Of a stretch of DNA of 14,823 nucleotides, positions 1 to 8,592 are shown in pieces. Source of the DNA: Fusobacteriota bacterium (GTDB taxonomy: Bacteria; Fusobacteriota; Fusobacteriia; Fusobacteriales; JBNJFI01). The notes under the pieces were generated by a model. That model was not told the DNA's origin and made no database searches. It saw only the letters and a program-made list of their open reading frames with translations. The stretch lies in assembly GCA_051746725.1 (NCBI GenBank), contig JBNJFI010000051.1:1-14823 (forward strand), written 5' to 3'. The translations under genes and the position numbers were made by a program. The first letter of the stretch is position 1. Each line of letters begins with the position of its first letter.

Positions 1-25
1 ATAAAACATTTAAAAAGGGGGAATC

Positions 26-1036
26 ATGAAGAAAATAATATTAATTTTATTATTATCTCTATCCATCATTTCTACAGGAGCAGAATTTTTTAAAGATAAG
101 AAATTTTTTACTAAGATATTTCCTTCTTCTGTAACAGTGGATAAAGATGAAAATGTATATATTGCAGATAGAATACGAAATAATGTTTTAAAATATGATA
201 AAAATGGAAAATATCAATATTCTTTTGGAATGGTTAGAGATAAAGCTAAGAGGACAAAACAAAAAGGTGAACAAAAAAATTATCCAGTAATAATAGATCT
301 TTATGTACATAATAACGATCTGTACGTATTAGATGCTAATTATGGAATAATGAGGTTTAATTTAGATGGAGACTACAAAGAAACTCTGATTTCTAAGGAG
401 GGAGAATTATTAGGTCAGGTTAAAAATCCTCAGTCAATATATGTAGATGATAAATATATTTGTGTAGCTGATACTGATAATAATAGAATTCAGATATTTA
501 CCCTTGATGGAGGGATAGTAAGTAGTTTTGGTTATAAAGGAGTTAAGGTTGGAGCTTTTCATAGGCCAGAGGGAGTTGTTAGGTTTAATGAGAATTATTT
601 GGTAACAGATACAGGTAATAATCGCTTAAGTGTATTTGATAAATATGGAATTTTTGAAAAAAATCTTGTTCGAGAAGAAGTTATATTTACTTCCCCTACT
701 AATATAGCACGAAATGATACAAATGTATATGTTGTAGATTCTGGGAAAAACAGAATATTTATATATAATGAAAATTTAGAATTGTATGCTATTTTTGGAA
801 AGACTGGGTCAAAGAAGACAGAGTTTAGAGGGATTCAGGATATATGGGCTACAGATGATAAAATATATGTCGCAGATCATATGGGTAAAGCAGTTAAAGT
901 TTTTAATAAAGATACCACTTATTCACAAACAATAGGAAAAAATAGACTATTAAATTTTATATTGACAGTAATATTGGGATCTTTTTTCATCATAATTGTA
1001 AGTGTAATTATATTTCATAAAACGAGAAAACAATAA
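26..1036 (+). CDS. Exported, membrane-anchored NHL-repeat (6-bladed beta-propeller) protein
   Basis: N-terminal signal-like segment MKKIILILLLSLSIISTGA. Repeated NHL motifs: VYIADRIRNNV, ICVADTDNNRIQIF, YLVTDTGNNRLSVF, VYVVDSGKNRIFIY, IYVADHMGKAVKVF. C-terminal hydrophobic helix followed by HKTRKQ. G-rich RBS upstream. Confidence 0.85.
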   Translation: MKKIILILLLSLSIISTGAEFFKDKKFFTKIFPSSVTVDKDENVYIADRIRNNVLKYDKNGKYQYSFGMVRDKAKRTKQKGEQKNYPVIIDLYVHNNDLYVLDANYGIMRFNLDGDYKETLISKEGELLGQVKNPQSIYVDDKYICVADTDNNRIQIFTLDGGIVSSFGYKGVKVGAFHRPEGVVRFNENYLVTDTGNNRLSVFDKYGIFEKNLVREEVIFTSPTNIARNDTNVYVVDSGKNRIFIYNENLELYAIFGKTGSKKTEFRGIQDIWATDDKIYVADHMGKAVKVFNKDTTYSQTIGKNRLLNFILTVILGSFFIIIVSVIIFHKTRKQ

Positions 1037-1056
1037 CTTATAAAATAGGAGTAAAT

Positions 1057-1869
1057 ATGAAAAAAGGAATAGGAATATTTGATTCTGGACTAGGTGGTTT
1101 AACAGTAGTAAAGGAAGTTATGAGACTTCTTCCTCAAGAGAGAATTGTTTATTTTGGTGATACTGCTAGGGTTCCATATGGTTCAAAATCAAAAAAGGTA
1201 ATAATAAAATTTGCAAAAGAGATTATAAGGTTTTTAAAAACAAAAAATATAAAAATTTTAGTGATAGCCTGTAATACAGCAACTGCATTTGCATTAAAAG
1301 AAGTGTCTAAGATTTTAAAAATCCCTATAATTGGTGTAATAAAACCCGGGAGTAAAAGAGCAGTTGAAACTACAAGAAAAAATAAAATTGGAATAATAGG
1401 AACCAAAGGTACAATTTCAAGCAATTCTTATTATGACGAGATAAAAAAAATTAATTCCGAAATTGATATAGAACAAAATCCATGTCCATTGTTTGTACCT
1501 CTTATCGAAGAAGGAATGCTAGAAGATAATGTAACTTTTGAAATGGCTAATAGATACTTAGAAGAGATAAAAGGAAAAATAGATACTTTGGTATTAGGCT
1601 GTACACACTATCCTATGATTAAAAAGGTAATCAAAAAAGTAGTGGGAAAAGATGTAATTTTAATTGATTCTGCAGAAGAGGTTGCAATTGAAGTTAGAAA
1701 TGTATTATATAGAAATAGAATCTTACTAGAAGAAAACGGTGGAGAGAATGAATTTTATGTTAGTGATTCACCTAGACAATTTATGGAAATAGGAAAACTG
1801 TTTTTAGGAGATAGATTGGAAAATGTTGAACTAATAGATATAGAAAAATATTCGGAAGAGGAGAGATAA
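1057..1869 (+). CDS. murI: Glutamate racemase
   Basis: IGIFDSGLGGLTV and GDTARVPYG motifs; catalytic cysteines in ACNTAT and LGCTHYP; AGGAG RBS at 1047-1051. Confidence 0.97.
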   Translation: MKKGIGIFDSGLGGLTVVKEVMRLLPQERIVYFGDTARVPYGSKSKKVIIKFAKEIIRFLKTKNIKILVIACNTATAFALKEVSKILKIPIIGVIKPGSKRAVETTRKNKIGIIGTKGTISSNSYYDEIKKINSEIDIEQNPCPLFVPLIEEGMLEDNVTFEMANRYLEEIKGKIDTLVLGCTHYPMIKKVIKKVVGKDVILIDSAEEVAIEVRNVLYRNRILLEENGGENEFYVSDSPRQFMEIGKLFLGDRLENVELIDIEKYSEEER

Positions 1870-2471
1870 TGTTTGAATATATAAAAGGAAAAATAGTTGA
1901 TAAAAAAGTAGACTCAGTTGCTTTAGAGTTAAATAATGGAATAGCTTATAAAATATATATATCACTTAGTACCTATGAAAAAATACAAGAGGAGGAAGAA
2001 AAGTTATATATATATAATTATATAAGAGAAGATAAATTTAAATTGTACGGTTTTCACTCCAAAAAAGAAAGAGATGTATTTGAAATACTTGTAAATGCCA
2101 ATGGAGTAGGAGCGAAATTAGCAATTGCTGTATTATCGACTTATAATATATATGAGTTGAAAAAAATTATAGTAAATGAAGACCTAGATAAATTAAAAAA
2201 AGTTCCTGGTATTGGGAAAAAGAAGGGACAAAGATTACTCATAGATATAAAAGGAAAAATAAAATTGGATACAGATGAATTCCAAAATTTAGTAGATGAA
2301 AGCAGTGAGGATCAAAAAACTAGTCAAATAAGAGAGGACCTTGTTTTGGCATTACAATCATTAGGGTATAAAGAAAGTGCAATTGATAAAACTATATCTA
2401 AAGTTGATATATCTAAATATGACAATGTAGAACTAGCTATAACTGAAATATTAAAAAAAATGCAGGGTTAA
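1869..2471 (+). CDS. ruvA: Holliday junction branch migration protein RuvA
   Basis: MFEYIKGKI start, IRED..LYGF, HhH motifs NGVGAKLA and VPGIGKK, C-terminal ALQSLGY. Start overlaps the murI stop (TAATG). Confidence 0.95.
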   Translation: MFEYIKGKIVDKKVDSVALELNNGIAYKIYISLSTYEKIQEEEEKLYIYNYIREDKFKLYGFHSKKERDVFEILVNANGVGAKLAIAVLSTYNIYELKKIIVNEDLDKLKKVPGIGKKKGQRLLIDIKGKIKLDTDEFQNLVDESSEDQKTSQIREDLVLALQSLGYKESAIDKTISKVDISKYDNVELAITEILKKMQG

Positions 2472-2501
2472 TCTAAAATTTAAGTAGAAAAAGGATGTAA
2501 A

Positions 2502-3554
2502 ATGATCAAAAAAGAAATTGATTATGGACAATATAAAAAAAATTATCTTTATATGAAAAAGCAGACTACCTCGAAAATAATGCCTATAATTAAAGCTGAT
2601 GCATATGGTAATGGAATGATAGAAATAGCCAGGCAATCAGAAAAACTAGGGGCTGACTTTTTTGGGGTAGCCTTTTTAAAATCTGCAATAAAATTAAGAA
2701 AAAATGGAATTAACTCTAAAATCCTTATTTTAAATTATATTCCAGGAAATAATATAAAAAAAGCAATAAATTATAATTTAAGAGTGACAATATATTCTCT
2801 AGAGCAATTAAAAACATATTATAATGTTTTAGAAAACGACATAAACAAATTAAAGATTCATATTAATATAAATACTGGGATGAACAGATTAGGAATTGAT
2901 TTAGAAGATTTAAAACAATTACAAGAATATAAGCAATTAGAGATAGAAGGAGCCTATTCACACTTTTATAATGCAGATAAAAGTAAACGCGATACAGAAG
3001 AACAATTTAAAAAATATTTAATAGGGGTAGACAGATTACAAAAAATAGGTTATAATGTCAAAATTAAACATATTGCAAATAGTGCAGGAGCATTATTAGA
3101 TAATCGCTATCATCTTGATTATGTTAGAGTGGGAATGGTGCTATATGGTTTACAACCTTTGGTAAACAAAAAAATTCCAATAGAACCAATTTTAGATATA
3201 AAAACGATTATTTCCAATGTAAGATATGTCAAAAAAGGGGATAAAATTGGATATGGAGAAGGGTTTTTAGTTAAATCTAATATGAAAATAGCTACTATTC
3301 CATTTGGGTATTCCAATGGATATATAATGAATTTATCAAATAAAGGTTATGTTTTGGTTAAGGGGAAAAAATGTAAAATAATAGGAAATATATCAATGGA
3401 GCAAACTATTATAGATGTAAGTAAAGTCAAAAAAGTTAAAATTGGCTCTGAAGTTGTCATACTGGGAAAACAACTTAAGGAAAAAATTTTACCTGGCGAT
3501 TTAGCTAAAATAGCTAAAACTGTTCCTGATGATATAATTTGTAAATTAAGTTAA
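2502..3554 (+). CDS. alr: Alanine racemase family PLP-dependent racemase (atypical; substrate uncertain)
   Basis: PLP lysine in IKADAYGNG (K31), TGMNRLG, YSHF..AD, HIANSAG, VRVG..LYG, second catalytic Tyr in IGYG (Y251). Several specificity residues are non-canonical (see findings). Confidence 0.8.
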   Translation: MIKKEIDYGQYKKNYLYMKKQTTSKIMPIIKADAYGNGMIEIARQSEKLGADFFGVAFLKSAIKLRKNGINSKILILNYIPGNNIKKAINYNLRVTIYSLEQLKTYYNVLENDINKLKIHININTGMNRLGIDLEDLKQLQEYKQLEIEGAYSHFYNADKSKRDTEEQFKKYLIGVDRLQKIGYNVKIKHIANSAGALLDNRYHLDYVRVGMVLYGLQPLVNKKIPIEPILDIKTIISNVRYVKKGDKIGYGEGFLVKSNMKIATIPFGYSNGYIMNLSNKGYVLVKGKKCKIIGNISMEQTIIDVSKVKKVKIGSEVVILGKQLKEKILPGDLAKIAKTVPDDIICKLS

Positions 3555-3595
3555 AATTGAAAATTTATAAAGAAGTAACACTAAATTCATTGTAT

Positions 3596-3621
3596 AAAAG
3601 CCTATATACATTAGGTTTTTT
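3596..3621 (+). terminator. Probable intrinsic terminator after alr
   Basis: AAAAGCCTA-tatacat-TAGGTTTTTT: short stem with one G-U pair, followed by a U-tract. Confidence 0.55.
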
Positions 3622-3662
3622 GAAAAAATTCAAAAATACTGTGAAAAATGTTAAAAGAGGTA

Positions 3663-3691
3663 TTGAAAAAGAATCAAAAACTTGTTATAAT
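3663..3691 (+). promoter_or_regulatory. Sigma70-type promoter for the aminotransferase-serA operon
   Basis: TTGAAA (3663-3668), 17-bp spacer, extended -10 TGtTATAAT (TATAAT at 3686-3691). Confidence 0.75.
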
Positions 3692-3758
3692 ACTTTAAAA
3701 TAAAAGAAGATATTAACGGAATCATATAGATACTTTCAATATTATAAGGAGGACTAAA

Positions 3759-4901
3759 ATGAGAAATTTACTAATGTCACCAGGACCAACGCAAATTCCA
3801 GAAAGAGTAAAGTTAGAAATGGCAAAAGATATTATCCATCACAGGACAGGGGAATACTCCAAGATTTTCAAAGAGTTGTCTAAAAATTTAAAAAAAATTT
3901 TTAAGACAGAAAATCCTGTAATAACTTTGACTTCTTCCGGTACAGGAGCAATGGAAGCAAGCGTAACAAACCTTTTTTCAAAAGGAGATAAAGTTGTAGT
4001 ATTTAATAATGGAAAATTTGGAGGAAGATTTGCAAAATTAGCAAAATTATATGATTTAGAAGTTATTGAAATCGCATATGAATGGGGAGAGGTAGCCTCC
4101 TTAGAAGATTTAAAAAAAATATTAAAAAAACATAATGATATAAAGGGAGTTTTTTTGACTCATCACGAGACATCTACAGGAATTATAAATGATGTAGAGG
4201 CCTTTGGAGAAGTTTTAAAAGATACAGATATTGTATTTGTAGTTGATTCAATAAGTGGTATGATTGCAAATGATTTTAAAACTGATGAATGGAATGTAGA
4301 TTGCGCAATTTCTGGAGCACAAAAAGGATTTATGACACCGCCAGGGATAGCATTTGTATCTTTAAGCGATAAAGCTCAAAAAGCTATGGAAAGATCAGAT
4401 TTACCAGCTTTTTATTTTAGTTTTGAAAAACATCTAGGAAGATATCCGCAAGGGCAGAACCCAACTACCCCAGCAGTAACAGTTATATTAGCTGCAAATG
4501 AAGCTTGTAAGATGTTATTAGAAGAGGGAATGGATAATGTAATTAAAAGACATAAAAACATGAGAGATGCATCTTGTATTGGAATAAAAAAATTAGGATT
4601 AGACTTTTTTGTTAAGGATCTAGATACAATGGGAAATACTCTTACAACAGTAAAAGTTCCAGAAGGAATAGATGGAGCTAAGATCCCACAATTAATGAAA
4701 GATAAACATGGTATTACTATTGCCGGAGGTCAAGCAGATTATAAAGGAAAAATATTTAGAATAGGACATTTAGGTGAAGTAGATACATCAGATGTACTTG
4801 TTACTTTTTCAGCTTTAGAACAAGTATTAGTAGAATTAGGCTATGATAAATTTGAACCAGGAGACAGTGTAAAGGCAATCCAAGAATTTTTAATGAAATA
4901 A
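3759..4901 (+). CDS. Class V PLP aminotransferase (alanine-glyoxylate/serine-pyruvate family), probable non-canonical phosphoserine aminotransferase
   Basis: LMSPGPT, SSGTGAME, THHETSTG, VVDSIS, PLP lysine in GAQKGFMTPPG, GGQ...GKIFRIGHLG. AAGGAGG RBS. Directly upstream of serA. Confidence 0.88.
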   Translation: MRNLLMSPGPTQIPERVKLEMAKDIIHHRTGEYSKIFKELSKNLKKIFKTENPVITLTSSGTGAMEASVTNLFSKGDKVVVFNNGKFGGRFAKLAKLYDLEVIEIAYEWGEVASLEDLKKILKKHNDIKGVFLTHHETSTGIINDVEAFGEVLKDTDIVFVVDSISGMIANDFKTDEWNVDCAISGAQKGFMTPPGIAFVSLSDKAQKAMERSDLPAFYFSFEKHLGRYPQGQNPTTPAVTVILAANEACKMLLEEGMDNVIKRHKNMRDASCIGIKKLGLDFFVKDLDTMGNTLTTVKVPEGIDGAKIPQLMKDKHGITIAGGQADYKGKIFRIGHLGEVDTSDVLVTFSALEQVLVELGYDKFEPGDSVKAIQEFLMK

Positions 4902-4922
4902 ATAAAAAAGAGGAGTGTTAAA

Positions 4923-6524
4923 ATGGTAAATTTAAAAGATATGAGAATATTAGTAGCAGAAATAATAGATGAAAAGGCAGTTGAAATGGCTGGTAAGTAT
5001 TGTCAAGTTGATGTAAAACCTCAATTACCAGAAGACGAGTTGTTAGAAATAATACCTAATTATGATGCAATAGTAGTAAGAAGTAAAACACAGATAAACA
5101 AGAAATTTTTAGATACAGCTACTAATTTAAAAATAGTAGGACGAGCTGGATCTGGATTAGATAATATAGATATACCGTATGCTACCAAAAAAGGGGTTGT
5201 AGTTGCAAATACTCCAGAAAGTAATATAATATCAGCAGCAGAACAAACAATGGCCTTGATGTTAGGATCAGCCAGAAATTTAACATGGGCAGATAAATTT
5301 TTAAAATCAGGAAACTGGGATAGAAATAGATTTAAAGGATCAGAATTATATCAAAAGACTATAGGGATTATTGGTTTAGGTAGAATAGGTAAATTAATGA
5401 CAGAAAGATTAAGTGGATTTGATGTAGATAAGATAATAGCTTATGATCCATATATTTCTGACTCTAGATTTGAAATGTTAGGAGTAGAAAAACGGGAAAC
5501 TTTGGAAGAATTATGTAGAGAATCAGATATAATAACAATTCACACACCTAAAACAGAAGAAACTACTAATATGATTTCAGATGAAGAAATAGCTATAATG
5601 AAAGACGGAGTTAGATTAGTGAATGTTGCAAGAGGTGGATTATTCAATGAAGATGCCCTTTATAGAGGTATGAAAGATGGAAAAATAGCATCTGTTGGTA
5701 TAGATGTATGGGAAAATGAGCCGCAAAAGACTCATCCTCTATATGAATTAGATCAAACTGCAGTAACTCCTCATTTAGGAGCTTCAACATTTGAAGCTCA
5801 AGAAAGAGTTGGAACAGAGGCAATAAAAGAAGTGATTGCTGGATTAAAGGGAGAACTAGTAAAAAATGCTGTAAATATACCAAGTATATCTGAAACTACT
5901 TATAAGAAATTAGATGCTTTCTTAAAGTTATCAGAAAAAGCTGGAAAATTATATTCGCAGATAAGAAGAGAAGGTATAAAGGAGATTGAATTAAGCTTTG
6001 GAGGAAATGTAATAGAAGATAAAGAAGATGTTAAGATTTTATCTTTAATTGCGTTAAAAGGAATATTAGACTCTACAGTTCCAGAAACAGTAAATTTTGT
6101 AAATGCCAATGGGATTGCCGAATCAAGAGGGATAAAAGTAAAAGAAAACTTAGAAATAGAAACAGGAGACTACAGTAATTTAGTTAGGTTAAAAGTTACC
6201 AACAAAGAAGGAGAAACTTTTGAAATAGATGGAACAGTATTAGAAGGAAAACATCCAAGAATTGTTAGAATACAAGAGTATGATATGGATTTAAATCCAA
6301 CTGGTAAATTAGTTTATGCTCCACATGAAAATAAACCAGGTGTTGTAGGAAGAGTTGGTATTGCAATGTCTGAATACAATGTTAATATTTCAAAGATGAT
6401 AGTTTCAGATGGTAATAATAGTTCAATTATGATTCTTTCTGTGGATAATAATATTCCAGATCCTTTGGTAGAAAAGTTATTAGATCTAGAAGAAATTCAT
6501 GACATAAAAGTTATAGAATTATAA
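4923..6524 (+). CDS. serA: D-3-phosphoglycerate dehydrogenase, long form with ASB and ACT domains
   Basis: VVRSKT, GRAGSGLDNID, Rossmann GLGRIG, VNVARGGL, DVWENEP, TPHLGASTFEAQ, ACT-like HENKPGVVGRVG; 533 aa. Confidence 0.95.
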   Translation: MVNLKDMRILVAEIIDEKAVEMAGKYCQVDVKPQLPEDELLEIIPNYDAIVVRSKTQINKKFLDTATNLKIVGRAGSGLDNIDIPYATKKGVVVANTPESNIISAAEQTMALMLGSARNLTWADKFLKSGNWDRNRFKGSELYQKTIGIIGLGRIGKLMTERLSGFDVDKIIAYDPYISDSRFEMLGVEKRETLEELCRESDIITIHTPKTEETTNMISDEEIAIMKDGVRLVNVARGGLFNEDALYRGMKDGKIASVGIDVWENEPQKTHPLYELDQTAVTPHLGASTFEAQERVGTEAIKEVIAGLKGELVKNAVNIPSISETTYKKLDAFLKLSEKAGKLYSQIRREGIKEIELSFGGNVIEDKEDVKILSLIALKGILDSTVPETVNFVNANGIAESRGIKVKENLEIETGDYSNLVRLKVTNKEGETFEIDGTVLEGKHPRIVRIQEYDMDLNPTGKLVYAPHENKPGVVGRVGIAMSEYNVNISKMIVSDGNNSSIMILSVDNNIPDPLVEKLLDLEEIHDIKVIEL

Positions 6525-6534
6525 AGTAGAATTT

Positions 6535-6561
6535 GAAAAAGAGAGCTTTGCTCTCTTTTTC
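6535..6561 (+). terminator. Intrinsic terminator after serA (possibly bidirectional)
   Basis: Perfect 12-bp inverted repeat GAAAAAGAGAGC-ttt-GCTCTCTTTTTC with A- and T-tracts. Confidence 0.85.
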
Positions 6562-6574
6562 TGCAAATATATAG

Positions 6575-8068
<1,494 letters not shown>

Positions 8069-8084
8069 AATTTTAATACATAAT

Positions 8085-8129
8085 AAAATCCGTGATGGTA
8101 ATATTAAGCTATTATTTATCACGGATTTT
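8085..8129 (+). terminator. Hairpin / probable terminator after guaB
   Basis: Perfect 12-bp arms AAAATCCGTGAT (8085-8096) and ATCACGGATTTT (8118-8129); stem extendable inward by GGTAATA/TATTATT with G-U pairs. Confidence 0.75.
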
Positions 8130-8242
8130 CTTAAATTTCCATGTACTTCTGCGTGATCCATGGCTAAGATTTTTAAGTATAAGTTCTTAGAGAAGAAAAG
8201 TGAGTAAGTTGAGTTAATATTATTAAATTAATAAATTAATCA

Positions 8243-8271
8243 TTGAAAATCAAAGAAAAATAAGTTATAAT
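8243..8271 (+). promoter_or_regulatory. Sigma70-type promoter about 320 bp upstream of ilvD
   Basis: TTGAAA (8243-8248), 17-bp spacer, TATAAT (8266-8271); same architecture as the promoter at 3663. Confidence 0.65.
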
Positions 8272-8392
8272 TAATAGTAATACTTGTTAACAATATAATT
8301 TTTTTTAATCATTAACAAGTTAAAATCAAAACATAACTGAAGAAAATATGAGGTTATTAACAAATTTAATCTAATTTGATTTATATTACGCT

Positions 8393-8473
8393 GGCGAAGC
8401 CCTTCACCCTTACGATTGTGGATTACTTTAAAATGATGACAGTTTTTACTGTAAGGGCAAACGGCGTTTGCCC
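8393..8473. repeat. Pair of inverted REP-like GC-rich palindromes
   Basis: + strand 8451-8473 GTAA-GGGCAAAC-ggc-GTTTGCCC; - strand 8413-8393 GTAA-G-GGTGAA-gggc-TTCGCC; 37-nt spacer. The inverted repeats are directly visible; the REP label is inference. Confidence 0.55.
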
Positions 8474-8592
8474 GGGTATGAGCAGTATATAAAAAAAGTG
8501 GTAAGTTATAATTATTATTTTTTATAAATCAAATGAAATTAGTAGATTAGTATTTTGTAAATAGCTAAAGAAGTAAAAAATAGGAGGGAAAA

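Noticed and set aside
8385..8480. Known riboswitch (ZTP, c-di-GMP-I, ykkC/ppGpp, fluoride) or T-box upstream of ilvD
   Set aside because: Only fragments match (CTGGCGAA, GGGCAAAC, GCCCGGG, TGATGAC). Required partners are missing: no ZTP P3 GCC..TGGGC, no GAAA loop or CGCAAAGC, no CTAGGGTTCCG, no GATG in the fluoride position, no GGTGGNACCRCG.
8433..8492. 19-aa ORF MMTVFTVRANGVCPGMSSI
   Set aside because: Weak RBS, reads through the GC palindrome, and is not hydrophobic like a type I toxin.
8352..8566. 6S RNA or SRP RNA
   Set aside because: Size and rod shape are loosely 6S-like, but I cannot find the conserved closing-stem sequences, and the SRP CAGG..GGAA..AGCAG motif is absent. Not called without a cmscan.
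8069..8592. CRISPR array or full IS element
   Set aside because: No regularly spaced direct repeats and no transposase-like ORF on either strand.
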